Positions 11,462-22,771 of a stretch of DNA of 64,000 nucleotides are shown piece by piece. The DNA is taken from positions 62,001 to 126,000 of the forward strand of contig CP060756.1 in NCBI GenBank assembly GCA_023205875.1, written 5' to 3'. Source of the stretch: Chloropicon primus (lineage: Eukaryota). The stretch's first letter is position 1; each line of letters begins with the position of its first letter. The notes under the pieces were generated by a model. It searched no databases, was not told the DNA's origin, and saw nothing but the letters and a program-made list of their open reading frames with translations. Made by a program: the position numbers and the translations under genes.

Positions 11462-12493
11462 TCACTTGGATCCCGAGGAGGGCCCGGACCCCGAACCACT
11501 TTCCGAGAGGGAGGACGACCCACTCGTCGTCGGGTTGTCCTCGAACACCAGCGACCTCTTCTTGATCTTCGGTCCCCCCCTCCTCCTCCTGGGGGTTATC
11601 CTCTTCGACCTCCTCTTCTGCTTGGGGGCCATGGGGATAGGCTGGGACGCGCTGCCGAACACGGCTTGGGGGTTCGGGTCCCGCCTCCCCCCGCCCGCGC
11701 CAGCAGCCCCCCTGCTCGAGGTGGTCGCCCCCCCGACGTCGCTTGTCGTGCCGTCCCTGGAGTAGTACGGCGCCCTCTTGGGATCCGGGGTGAGGAAGTT
11801 GAAGTGCGTCGTGATCGCGGTCTTCGCGGCGTCCGCCAGCCTGGTGCAGACGCTCATGATCGGCGCCATGTCCTGGTGCTTCATGCTGCAAAAGACCCTC
11901 GTGAGTATGTCGCTCGGGAGGGACAGAAGCTTCGGGGAGAGCGGCGTCCGCAAGACCCCCTTCTTCTGAGCCTTGTGACTGACGTCGTGCACGGAGACCT
12001 GCCTCTCGCCCCTCGATTTCTTGCTGCCTCTTTCCCCCCGCTGCCTCTGGGCCTGGGCGCCCCCCGAGGCGATGCCCCGCGGCGTCGGGACGGTCGCGTA
12101 CTGAAACTTCAGCTGCTCGTCCGAGAGGTAGCTCCTCACCCGCTTCCCGCTCTTCCCCTTGAGGGTGATGTCCACCGGGGCAGGCGAGCTCGCCTCCCAC
12201 TGGGGCTGCTTCCCCTTGCCCTTTGACGACGTACCCCCCGACGACCTCAGCGAGGCCCTCTGCCTCTCCCCCCCCCCCTTCGCGGGCCGCGGCCTCCCGT
12301 GCACCCCATTCCCCACGCCCTGAAGTATCGCCAAGTTCGACTTGGACACCTTTTGCGCGTCCACATACCTCGCTATCGCCCCCGGCCTGACAAAAGCTTT
12401 CCCTATCTTCCTCGCATACTGGTGCAGTATCTTGCTCGTCCCCGTCCCCGTCCCCGTCCCCGTCCCTTGGCTCCCCACGCCCTTCCCCTTCAT
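11462..12493 (-). CDS. F-box-like protein (plant SKIP27-like type)
   Basis: LLSLPSDILTRVFCSMKHQDMAPIMSVC..HFNFLTP F-box segment within basic low-complexity sequence; start uncertain. Confidence 0.6.
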   Translation of the reverse strand: MKGKGVGSQGTGTGTGTGTSKILHQYARKIGKAFVRPGAIARYVDAQKVSKSNLAILQGVGNGVHGRPRPAKGGGERQRASLRSSGGTSSKGKGKQPQWEASSPAPVDITLKGKSGKRVRSYLSDEQLKFQYATVPTPRGIASGGAQAQRQRGERGSKKSRGERQVSVHDVSHKAQKKGVLRTPLSPKLLSLPSDILTRVFCSMKHQDMAPIMSVCTRLADAAKTAITTHFNFLTPDPKRAPYYSRDGTTSDVGGATTSSRGAAGAGGGRRDPNPQAVFGSASQPIPMAPKQKRRSKRITPRRRRGGPKIKKRSLVFEDNPTTSGSSSLSESGSGSGPSSGSK

Positions 12494-12882
12494 CCCACAA
12501 CCCGAGCACCAACACCGCAACGCCCTCCCTCTCCCTCCCCCTCTCTCCCTCCTCGTTCCTCGTCCTCCACCGCAACTCGTTGACCCTTCTTCTGGTTCCC
12601 CCACCTTTCTTGACTTCCCTCCTTCCCCCTTGCGTCCTCCTGAACCTCTCCAGCTCACTCCCCCTCTCGGCGCCGTGCCAGCCTAATTAGGGCTCCAGAG
12701 GCTTTATCAGCGCGGGGGGCGACCTCATCTAAACAAGGAGAGAGAGAGGGGGGCGTGTTATATATGTATTGTTTCTATATATAAAAAAGATATGAAATAT
12801 ATGATTGGGAGAGAGACAGAGAGAGACATCGGTTGCTCGAGGAGAAGATGAAGAAGACGAGAAAAAAAAAGCATGATGAAAG

Positions 12883-14023
12883 CTAAGCTGCGGAATGGAA
12901 GTACTTGTCGGTCCACGTGTCTACCTTCTTACGCGCGTGCGGGTTCGGCTGCACGCCAATCTTCGACGCGTGCAGGTGCAGGCACGTCTTCCCAGGCTGC
13001 GACTCCGATCGCAGGTACCCATTCGCCTCCAGCTCTGCCGCGGGGATGATCCAAAAGTATGCTTTGCCTTCCACCCACGCCACCGCCACTAGCTCGTCGA
13101 ACGCCCCTGCCGGGTAAGGATCTTTCAGCTGCTTGCCCGCCTCGTCACGCCCGGCGTAGGTGTGCAGGTCGCACATAAACCCGGCGACGCCGTTAGACGC
13201 CGCGCGCGCCGTCTTGAACTGCTGGCGCGTCGTCGCATCCTTGAGCAGGTCGACTTGGGTGTTCTGTCCCTTGGGGAAGGCGTAGTGGTGCTTTGGGAAG
13301 CTCGCCTTGAACGCGTCGATGCCGCGCATCTCGAGCGCTTGGGCCGCGGACGCGAAGTCGTGCCGCGCGGCGTGCTCGGTGACGGTCGTCCACCGACACA
13401 GATGGGCCTGGGCCTGGGCCTGGGCCTGCTCAGCCATTGCACGAGCGCGTCGAGGTTGAGGTCACGCGCGAGCGCGAGCTCACAGTTCTTGCGGCGGGGG
13501 TGACGCTCAGGTCCAGCTTGCCGCGCTCGTTCAGCGCGTTGCCGTTGTACACCCACGCATCGCCGACGTCGCACCGCCAGCACACCACACACATCCCCGA
13601 GTAGCCGGTGACGTTGTGGAAGTTCCACGTATTCGGGCTACCCTTCACGGTGCCGCTCGTCGTCTTGAGCTGCACCGGCAGCCACGCGTCCTCCTCGCTC
13701 AGGCGGAGGAGGACGTCGGCTTTCGTACCGTCGTTTAGCACGAGCGCCGCGCTCGCGGGGAAGGTCGCCTCCCATCTGGCGACGAGGGCGAGCGCCACTT
13801 CGCGCTCCGTGGCGGAGTTCCGGCCGTAGATCGCCAGGTTGCGGGCGCGCTTCACCGCGAGCGCGGCTCGGTCGGTCTCCCTCTTCTTGAGTTTGCCCGC
13901 GCGGTACGCCTCGAGGGCGGCGACGGCCTCCGCCACGGTGGCGAAGTATTCCGTGGGGCGACCGATACGCACTCCGTACGGCTTCTTCTTGCGGCGCTTG
14001 TTATTGAACACCCCCTTGGGCAT
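12883..14023 (-). pseudogene. Frameshifted AP2-like plus tandem PD-(D/E)xK nuclease-like gene
   Basis: Three overlapping frames join by two -1 shifts (near 13498 and 13433). Two D...QxKT motifs: ADVLL..VQLKTT and VDLL..QQFKTA. Confidence 0.6.
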
Positions 14024-14108
14024 GGTCTCGCTCCGTCTTCTGTCCCTCGGCCTCGACGCCCGTCCGTTACTTTTAGTTTTTCGGTTCGCTTCTCGCGGTT
14101 TTGTTTTT

Positions 14109-14120
14109 TTTGGCGCCAAA
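14109..14120. promoter_or_regulatory. Palindromic E2F-type site TTTGGCGCCAAA
   Basis: Perfect 12-bp palindrome matching TTTSSCGC on both strands, upstream of SMC6. Confidence 0.45.
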
Positions 14121-14507
14121 CAGGAGAAGCAGAACCGATCGATCGAAGTGATCGACGAGGGAGAGGCGGCAGGGGAGGGAGGCCGAGGCGGGGCGCGAAG
14201 GCCACGGCGGAAGGAGAAAGAAGGGACCAGGACCAGGACCAGGACCAGGACGAGTGGATTGTTCTGCAGCTTCCTCCTTTCGCGAGGCGAGCGAACGCCC
14301 GGGTTTAGTTTTAGAAGAAGAAAAAGCTTGCCCTTGGTTTGGTTTGGTTAGGACCACCTTCTCCGGACCGAACGAACCAACCTTTGGACGGAAGAGTGAG
14401 AGAGAGAGAGAGGAAGAGAGAGAGGTCCGGGGCCGAAGAGGCCGAGGCGGACGACGACGAAGGCTTTTGTTCCTTTTTTTGTGTTGGGATCATCGTCGTG
14501 GGAGGAG

Positions 14508-17500
14508 ATGACGGGGAGGTTGGGGAAGGGGAAGAGAGTTATGGCGACACCATCGCAGGAGGAGGAGGGAGGGGAGGGGAGCCAGCTCGGCGGGCGTGAC
14601 CCGGTGGAGGGGAAGAGGACAAGATCGGGGAAGGAAGCGACGACGAGCAAGAGGATGAAGAGGGAACCCGTGGGGCAACAACGGAGTGATCTGCTCCGCC
14701 TGGGCGAGTTGGAGAGCGAGACGGAGGAGGAAGCCGCGAGGGCGACGACGGCGAGGGCCTCAGGGGTGTGGAGGGCGGGGTTCATCAAGCGCGTCCACAT
14801 CGAGAACTTCATGCGCCACCAGAACTTCACGGTGGACTTCGGGCCCAACGTGACGTTCATCTCGGGAAAGAACGGCAGCGGGAAGAGCGCGACCTTGTAC
14901 GCCCTGCAGTGCTGCCTGGGGGTGAGGGCGAACAAGATGGGCCGAGGCTCGTCCTTCAAGAGCTTCATCAGGAGGGGGTGCAACTCCGCCCTGGTGGTGG
15001 TGACGCTCTCGAACGAGGGGGAGGGCAAAGAAGCCTACAAGCCCGAGGTGTACGGCTCTTCCATCATCATCGAGAGGAGGATAGACGTCAAGGGGGCGAG
15101 CAGCTTCGCGATAAGGGACGAGAACGGCAGGAAGGTCGCCGCGACGGCGTGGGACTTGCGCAGAGTCCTCGACCACATGAACCTGCTCGTGAACAACCCC
15201 TCGGTGGTGACGACGCAAGACACCGCGAGAACCTTCTTGTCCAACGAGACCAACGACAGCTCGAGGTACAAGCTGTTCATGGACGCGACGTTGCTCAGCC
15301 AGGTGAAGTCGAACTTGACGGGGACGTCGCTGACTGTGGACAAGATGAAGGACCTGCTCTTGGCGAAGGAGAGTGAGGTGAACAAGAAGATGGCAGAGCT
15401 CAAGGTAGCCAAGAAGCGGTTTGACCACGCCAGGCAGATTGCCCAGCACGTGGAGCTCGAGAGTTACTGCGAGAACGTCCTGGTGTGGAGGGAGGTCACG
15501 GCGCTGAGCGATAACCTGGAGGCCATCACGAAGAAACTCGACGTTTCGGCTCCAAGAGTCATGGAGCAGCTGAAGAGCAGGCTGGAAACCGCCATGGCGG
15601 ATCTGGGCGACCTCGAGTCCAACAGGAAAAGGAGGATTCTGGAGGTTCAGAACTTCACCGCGCAAGGCGAGGAGCTGCAGAACTCCGTGAAGCAGTCCAA
15701 GTTGGCCCTGAAGAAGCTCACGAAGCAGGAAGCTGCCCAAGAAAAGTCGCTCGAGAAGCTGAAGGGCGACCTGGCGAACATGCAGCAGGAGAAGGAAGAG
15801 ATGGAGCAAGTCGTCAAGGAGAATGAGACTGTGGACGTTTCTGGTACCCAATCCATCAAGGATGGGCACAAGCGCCAGATTGACGACGCAAAGATGAGGG
15901 AGAAGGAAGTCCATGACGAGCTTGAGCGGCTCCAGCTGTCGATGAGGGAAGAAAAGGACGCGAGGGGTGACCTGAACCGCCGCCTTCGAGACAAGCAGCA
16001 GGCAGAGTCCGTGCTGCGGGGGAAAATAGAGGACTGCGACCGCGATCTCCAAGCTCTGTCAAGCCCAAGCAGGAACCGCGGCGCTAACGCGGCGGCCACG
16101 GCGGACATGTTTGGTCAAGGGTACAGCAACCTGCTGAAGCAGATTAGGTCCAGTGCTTCCAAATTCAGGCACCCCCCGATCGGTCCGCTTGGGATGTACC
16201 TGGAGCTTCGGGACAAGAGCTGGAACGTGGCCATGGAGTGCGCAATCGGAGGCATGCTAGGAATGTTTATCTTGCACGACGAGCATGACTTTCAGGAGTT
16301 CAAGAATTGTGCCAAAAGAGCGAAGATGCGGCCACCCTCCACGGTCATCTCGAGCTTTGATAGGGGGTTGATCAACGTTCCGCGGAACCGGCGTCCTCCA
16401 CAGGGCTACGAAACAGTCGGGTCCGCCCTTAACTGCACTCATCCCTCCTACTCGCACGTGATATGGAACACGCTGATCGACAACAGCAGGATTGAGAGCA
16501 CAATCCTGGTCAAGAACGATGAAGAGGGCAAGCGCGCGATCTTCAACAAGGAGGCTATGCCGTCTACGAGGGCTTACACAAAGGAGGGCTACCTTTGCGA
16601 GCTCAAAGGGCAAACGCAAATCATGAGAAACGCTGTGCAGAAGCGGATGAGACCCAGGCTGAGCGTCGCTGGGTTAGATCGAAGCGAGCAGAAGAATGAA
16701 ATTCAAGCCGCAAAGGGTATCGCCGAGGTGGAGCTCGAATCCGTCGTATCTGAAATCAGGCAACTAAAGGCGAAGTTGAGTGACCGGTCGGCTCGCTGCG
16801 CCAATTTAGAACAGCAAATCGAAGATCGCCACGAGAAGAAGATCCAGCTGGAGGAAGAGATCAGACAAAGGTACGACCGCCTCAAAGACGAGCTTGATGA
16901 GGCTGGGGATGGTGCGGAGGACATGGAAGCCCAAATTACGGCTGCTGAGGTGGAGATCGCCAACATCGAGCAGAAGATAAGCAAAGTCGCGGACATGATT
17001 CAGCAAATTAGGACGGAAGTGGAGACGTGCAAGGCGCAGATGGAAGCCAAGCAGAACGAGATGGACAAAATTGCAAAGCAGAACGACGCTATCGTTTCTA
17101 ATGCGCAGCTTCTCGACAATGACGTGAAGAAGGCCGCTGAGCAAGTCGAGAAGATCAAGGATAAGCAAAACCACGTGCGCCAACAGATCTCGAAACTCAA
17201 ATCAGATCTGGCAGAGCACCAGCCGATCTACGACAGCAAGAAGGAGGCAGCGGAGCAGGTTTGTCCGATGGGTGACCTGGAAGAAGCTCTGAAGGCTGTC
17301 GAGGGGGTCTTGGATTGTGCGCTTGACCTGAGGAAGCAGGAGGACATGGCCCAGGTGGAGAAGCTGCTGAGGAAGCTCCGCCTGAACATCAAAGAGATGG
17401 AAAAGGAGTGCGGGAACCTGGAGGAGCTCGAGTTGAAATTCTATCAATGCGAGAAGGAGTTTGATCAGCACCAGAAGGTGTACGTGAGGATCAGAGAGCC

Positions 17501-18011
17501 CTACGAGCTCATCAAAGAGAGTCTCGAGGATAGGTGGGGCACATTCGAATCGATGAGAAGGCACTTGCAGAAGATAACAAGCAACCACTTCAACAGTAAC
17601 ATGGGAAAGAGAGGGCACTCGGGCCAGATGAAGTTCAATCACAAGGATGAGAAGCTCTCGATCAGCGTGAGGATGAACCAGGGCACGGGGAAGGCAGGGT
17701 CAAAGGTCAAAGACATGAAGAGTCTCTCTGGCGGGGAGAGGTCTCTGAGTACCTTGAACTTCATCCTTGCCCTCGGCACGGAGTGCGAGTCTCCTTTCCG
17801 TGCTGCTGACGAGTTTGACGTTTTCATGGACGCGGTGAACAGGAAAGTCAGCCTGAGAACTCTGTTGACCTTCGCGGTGGATAATCCCCATCAGCAGATG
17901 ATCCTCTTGACGCCCCAAGATCTGTCCCAGGTTGAAGAGATCAGAGAGGAGATCAAGGGGCACCAAGACTACCACCAGAAGTTCATCAAGCTCATCAGGA
18001 TGCCCAAGTAG
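14508..18011 (+). CDS. SMC6: Structural maintenance of chromosomes protein 6
   Basis: Walker A GKNGSGKS, long coiled coils, hinge 'PPIGPLG', signature LSGGERS, Walker B DEFDVFMDAVNR typical of SMC6. Confidence 0.92.
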   Translation: MTGRLGKGKRVMATPSQEEEGGEGSQLGGRDPVEGKRTRSGKEATTSKRMKREPVGQQRSDLLRLGELESETEEEAARATTARASGVWRAGFIKRVHIENFMRHQNFTVDFGPNVTFISGKNGSGKSATLYALQCCLGVRANKMGRGSSFKSFIRRGCNSALVVVTLSNEGEGKEAYKPEVYGSSIIIERRIDVKGASSFAIRDENGRKVAATAWDLRRVLDHMNLLVNNPSVVTTQDTARTFLSNETNDSSRYKLFMDATLLSQVKSNLTGTSLTVDKMKDLLLAKESEVNKKMAELKVAKKRFDHARQIAQHVELESYCENVLVWREVTALSDNLEAITKKLDVSAPRVMEQLKSRLETAMADLGDLESNRKRRILEVQNFTAQGEELQNSVKQSKLALKKLTKQEAAQEKSLEKLKGDLANMQQEKEEMEQVVKENETVDVSGTQSIKDGHKRQIDDAKMREKEVHDELERLQLSMREEKDARGDLNRRLRDKQQAESVLRGKIEDCDRDLQALSSPSRNRGANAAATADMFGQGYSNLLKQIRSSASKFRHPPIGPLGMYLELRDKSWNVAMECAIGGMLGMFILHDEHDFQEFKNCAKRAKMRPPSTVISSFDRGLINVPRNRRPPQGYETVGSALNCTHPSYSHVIWNTLIDNSRIESTILVKNDEEGKRAIFNKEAMPSTRAYTKEGYLCELKGQTQIMRNAVQKRMRPRLSVAGLDRSEQKNEIQAAKGIAEVELESVVSEIRQLKAKLSDRSARCANLEQQIEDRHEKKIQLEEEIRQRYDRLKDELDEAGDGAEDMEAQITAAEVEIANIEQKISKVADMIQQIRTEVETCKAQMEAKQNEMDKIAKQNDAIVSNAQLLDNDVKKAAEQVEKIKDKQNHVRQQISKLKSDLAEHQPIYDSKKEAAEQVCPMGDLEEALKAVEGVLDCALDLRKQEDMAQVEKLLRKLRLNIKEMEKECGNLEELELKFYQCEKEFDQHQKVYVRIREPYELIKESLEDRWGTFESMRRHLQKITSNHFNSNMGKRGHSGQMKFNHKDEKLSISVRMNQGTGKAGSKVKDMKSLSGGERSLSTLNFILALGTECESPFRAADEFDVFMDAVNRKVSLRTLLTFAVDNPHQQMILLTPQDLSQVEEIREEIKGHQDYHQKFIKLIRMPK

Positions 18012-18123
18012 TGAAATGCAGGGCTTTGTGTTGTGTGTGTGTACATTAATGTGTGTTGTATATTAATACAGAATTCTTACGATAGTCATGTTACAACGGC
18101 GCGCGTGTGCTTCCCCGCGGACC

Positions 18124-18780
18124 TCACCTCGGCGAAGTCAGTGGCGACGACAACTCCGTGAACCTCGTCTCCATCTCTGACAGTTTTTTCTGGATGTTTA
18201 AAAGCTTCGTCTTGTCTGGCGTTTGTCCGCCAGGGCTCTGCACCGTCCGCAGGTGGTTCGAAATCTGCTCCGTCAGCTTCCTTATCCCGTTGTGCTTCCG
18301 TTCAATGACTTTGGTCACGGGCTCATACGTCTTCGCGAGGAGCAAGGACAGGCCCTTTTCCAGCGTCTTGAGGGAGTCGTTGATCGACTGTGTCGTCGTC
18401 GTTTGACACGCGAGGGGGGGAGCACGACATGAAGGCTTGCTCGTCAGCAGACGTGTTGACAAGACGGACAAGTTGACGCGACGAGAAAGAGAAAGAGTAA
18501 CAGCTTCCTTACCTTGATCTCCTCTTCTGAAATCGTCCTGGCGTCCTGATTGCTCAACTGAATCTGTTCCGGCTTCAGGCCCTCGGAGTCTTGGCTCTAA
18601 AAGCAGTCGTCTCGTGAGTTGCGCTGGACAAAAGATTATAGAAGAAAGCATCGAAAAGCAGAAAAGGAGGAGGCTCCTCTTCGTTTCACGCACGTACCTG
18701 CTGTTGCAAGTTGTGGTTGAGCTCCTCTATTGCCCCCAGCAAGGTCCTCTGCTGGTCCTGTCGTCCCACGAGAAATCACA

Positions 18781-18822
<42 letters not shown>

Positions 18823-19019
18823 CCGTGTTTCGTCAGACAAAGCTTGGGCCTGATTCCCACGACAGTGCTTGTGTCCTCCTCCCCAAGAGTCTGGGCACTC
18901 CTTCACCTGACTTGTTGTTTCGTTCTTGTTTCGGTTCTCTTTTGGATCAGCCAGCGTACCTGTATTCCCCGGACCTGTTCCTTCAATTCCTCCACATCCT
19001 TACTCGACACACACCCCAT
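18124..19019 (-). CDS. 155-aa coiled-coil protein with N-acylation motif (exons 18960-19019, 18698-18757, 18513-18596, 18124-18387)
   Basis: Four exons joined by phase-0 GT-AG introns give an open frame beginning MGCVSSK. Confidence 0.75.
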
Positions 19020-19041
19020 GGCGCCCCTCCAGTGGCTCCTC

Positions 19042-19073
<32 letters not shown>

Positions 19074-19287
19074 CGTTCTGTCGTCCCTTTTTAAATGAAA
19101 GGATTGAATTGATTAAGGAAATACGACCGCGGTCGTACCAATTTTTCCGTATCACGTTAAAAGATCAGACAAAGGACACTGGGAAGGACGGGGGGAGGGA
19201 CTGGACGGGGGACAAAGGGAGGACAAGGGGGCCTCGCCTCGCCTTGCCTTGCCGTGACTGCTGGGGCCAAGGGTTTGTGGGGCCACC

Positions 19288-21300
19288 ATGGCGTCTCTCA
19301 GGATCACAGTGAAGAGCGTCCGAACCATGGTAAGGACGCGCACGCTTTCGCTTTGGGTTTTCGGTTTTGCTTTTATTTCCTTGAAGAGTTCCTGTCGATT
19401 TTGTATGCGTCCTGCCTACCTGCCTGCCTGCAGTGTTCCTGACCTTGTATGAACAACAACTCTTCTGTGCTCGCTTTCTCAGGTGGCGCACCAGTACTAC
19501 TTCATCATCTGCTTGCACGACGAGCAGCTGGACCCAAGCAGAGGTGGCTCTCGACGGCCGGGCTTGGACCCAAAGCTGAGCGGAACCTCGGACGTCTCGG
19601 ACTTGACCACGAATCCAGGTGAGCTTCCCACTGACTCCACGCCACCAGTCTGGCGTTCGCTGCTGCTCCCTGTTGTACTTGACTCGCCCGCATTATTATT
19701 CTGACACACTGTCACGATCCCTTGTCGCTCATACGTTCCTTCGCCACGACGACGACGGACGACAACAGAGTTCAAGAACAAGACTTTTTACTTTAGCATA
19801 AACTCTAGCGAGGGCGTGAGCGCGGAGAGGTACCTGAAGGAGTCCAGCTTAACGTGCCAGCTGTTTGCGACGGATTCCTCCACTGCGGCGGCGAGCACGA
19901 GCTACGGCACGGAGGCAAAGATTCGTGCCAAGGACAAGGCCTTCACGGACGAGCTCATCCAGTCGAGCACTCACAGTCTCACGGGGGACGAGGTGACCAA
20001 ATTACTGAGTGGCAATGGGGAGACGGTTCAACTTTCGTTCAAGTTTGGCGATGTTGCGGTCATACACGTCGATGCGACTTGCATTCCCACCCAAGCGATC
20101 TTGGAGAACGACACTTGCAGGACGTTCTTGGACGACCTTTACGAGCACCAGAGCGTGTTGTCCACCGTGCAAGAGCAGGCTCGGCATAACAGCGAAGAGT
20201 CGGATCGCTTGAAGGCCCAGTGCTCCGGGCTGACTTACCAGAACAGGCTGCTGCAAGAGGAGGTTTCCGAGATGAGGCAGATTTTAGACGACGAGAGGAA
20301 GGCTGCGAAGGCTGCGCCCCAACTCTCCGGGTGGGAACAAATGTCCTCGGAGGAGCTTTACCAGAGGGCGGAGCAGTCCATAGGCCTGTACAGGAAGGAG
20401 CAAACGAGGAACACGGAGTTGATGCACCAAATGAAGCGAATGCATGCGAAAGCTGTGGAGCACGAGAACGACATGAAGCGCTTCCACGAGCTCCAGGAGG
20501 CTCACACCCTGCAGTCCAAGCAGATTGCTCACTTTGAGAAGGAGAACACGCGGGTGGACCAGTACAAGTCCACGTGCAAGACGCAGGAGAAAATCATAAG
20601 CCGGCTGGAAAGGATGCTTCAAGCTCACTTGGGCGTGAAGGAGAAGCTCGCCAAGACGGAACAGGAACTCCAGGCGAAGATAGAAGAGAACGAGAAGATC
20701 AAGGACGAGGCCAGGCACAACGAGCTGGAGGTCGCGCGGGCAGAGGTCATGACCCTCCACGGGAGCAAGTCTGAGTACGAGACCAAGCTCGTGCAGGCGG
20801 AGAAGATGCAGCTGGCCATGACGATGAGGGCGGAGAAGGCCGAGGTGAGGGCGATGGCCGCTAGGAACGAGCTGATCGAGGCCACGAAGAGGTTTGCTCA
20901 CGAGATCTCGACCCTGAAAGCCAGGCTGGCCGAGAAGGACGCGCAGCTGCTCGGCGGGTTCAACGCCAAGTTTGGGCCGCTGTCTAACAACTTTTCTACG
21001 ACCACCAACGCCTCCAGGGCGCTGCTGACGAATCCCCCGGTGGTGGGTTCCCACGAGGCCCTCGATCCCCTGACGCAGTCCGGCTCCTCCATCGCCGAGG
21101 CTCTGCAGAGGGAAGGGAGCTTGGAGTCTCAAATCGCTCGGGAGTCGCTGGGGTACCGGGATGGGGAGGCAAGGGGTGCCGAAGGTCCCCACGACAGCGA
21201 CCCAAAGCAACCGGAGAGGAACTCTCCCAGCCCCACCACGACTTTAGATCCAGCCACGGCGGTGGGGGCGCAGCCCCAGCAGGCTGCCGCGGTGGCTTGA
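19288..21300 (+). CDS. C2-like plus coiled-coil protein (CCDC33-like), 3 exons
   Basis: Exons about 19288-19329, 19483-19618 and 19769-21300 join in frame; 'QEKIISRLERMLQ' coiled coil. Confidence 0.55.
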
Positions 21301-21453
21301 CTCCACCCTCGTCGCTTGTCTTTGTAAACCTCACATTGTACTCTACTACTATTATTAAACAAACAAACAAACTGTTTTACACACGCCTCGTCTCGTGACA
21401 ATCTTTGTTACCCACACGCGCAAGGGAAAAGAGCGTCCGGGCATCATGCTCAC

Positions 21454-22284
21454 TCAGGTGACCTTGAAGTTCTCAAACCTCTCCTTCAACTTCTTCGCGA
21501 ACTGGGAGTCTTTCATTCCGCCCCCGGACCCCGAGGCGTTTGCCGCGGCGCCGGGGGAGCCCCTCGGGACGCTCACGAACCCCCTGAGAACCCCCTCGAA
21601 GGTGGTCCTCAGCGGCTCCAGGGTGGCCTTGATGCTCGCCCTGAGGGAGGGAGCGTCCTCGATGTCCAAGGCGTTCGCGGCGAGGGTGACCGCGCCCGCC
21701 ACGCCGACCAAGCCGACCAAGCTTCCGTACGTCAGCGCCCTGAGGCCCGCGAAGAACTGCCTCCTCATGGCCTCCTTGGCCTCTGGCGAAAGCTCCTTTA
21801 TGTGCTCCTGGTTGGCGTACTTTGCGCTCTCCCTGCTGAGCTCCGCGAGGGCCCTCCGTCCCCCACCCAGGTGGATCCTCTGGCCCCTCTGGGCCCCGTA
21901 CAGGGCTCCGGCCGCGCCGTACATGGCCATGTTCGTCGATATCCTCCTCAGGTCCTCCGGGGAGGCGTCCGGCATCGCGGCCTTCACCCTCGTCAGCATC
22001 CTCTTCCTCGCCTGGCTGTCCATCGTCTCGTACCTGCTCTCCTGCTGGAGTATCTCCATCCCCACCTCGAACACGGCCTGAGGCGCTCCCCCCCTCCTCG
22101 CACTCCCCCCTCCTCCTCCTCTTCTCCTCCCTTCCCGTATCCCTCTGAGCTCCTCCTCGCTCAGATTTATCGCACCCTCCTTCGTCCTTCGGAGAAGGTA
22201 TTGGTGCAAGTCCCCTTCGGCCTCAGCCTTGAAGTGAGCCCCTTCCCTCGCCTGCAGCAGCGAGCCCCCGAGAAGCGACGCCAT
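21454..22284 (-). CDS. Membrane protein, weakly TMEM242/DUF1358-like
   Basis: Two hydrophobic helices; 'GLRALTYGSLVGLVGVAGAVTLAANALDI'. Confidence 0.45.
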   Translation of the reverse strand: MASLLGGSLLQAREGAHFKAEAEGDLHQYLLRRTKEGAINLSEEELRGIREGRRRGGGGGSARRGGAPQAVFEVGMEILQQESRYETMDSQARKRMLTRVKAAMPDASPEDLRRISTNMAMYGAAGALYGAQRGQRIHLGGGRRALAELSRESAKYANQEHIKELSPEAKEAMRRQFFAGLRALTYGSLVGLVGVAGAVTLAANALDIEDAPSLRASIKATLEPLRTTFEGVLRGFVSVPRGSPGAAANASGSGGGMKDSQFAKKLKERFENFKVT

Positions 22285-22653
22285 ACCGAGAGAGATACAC
22301 GACACGAAGCCGAGGACGAGGTTTAGGCTCTCCGAAGCCAACCTTCCCACAGCAGCGTATTCTCAACAAGTCACAACAGTTTCGTTCCCCTCTCCCTCCC
22401 TCGCGAACCAACCGGGACTGGGACCACCGAAACCCTTCTCCCCAACCTCCTCGAGCACTCCTCCCGCCAAAATCTTCAACTGAGGTGTCAAAGCAAAGCT
22501 AGCGAGACGTATCCTCGCACTGTATCCCCCAACCGTGCTCCCCTTGTCGTCCCCTTGGCGAAAAACCTTGCCAAAACCCTCTCCTCTCCCTCTCCTCCGC
22601 TTTTGCCTCGTCACCTCGATCGACAGCTGCAGCCAAAAAAAAATCTGGAAGAA

Positions 22654-22693
22654 TTTTTTAGGGTTTTAGGTTTTTAGGGTTTTTGAGGGTTTT
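22654..22693 (+). repeat. Interstitial telomere-like TnAGGG repeats
   Basis: ttttttagggttttaggtttttagggtttttgagggtttt between divergent genes. Confidence 0.75.
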
Positions 22694-22771
22694 CGAGGAG
22701 GAGAACCTGGAGGCGTGTCGTCGTCCGCGATCGATCGACGATTGGTGTGTGTGTGTTGCGCTGTGGAGACG

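Noticed and set aside
13430..13500. Programmed ribosomal frameshifting
   Set aside because: No canonical X XXY YYZ slippery heptamer, and two shifts are needed; decay or sequencing error is more parsimonious
12700..14300. Terminal inverted repeats or target-site duplication around the nuclease-like gene
   Set aside because: None identified by eye, so it is not annotated as a bounded mobile element
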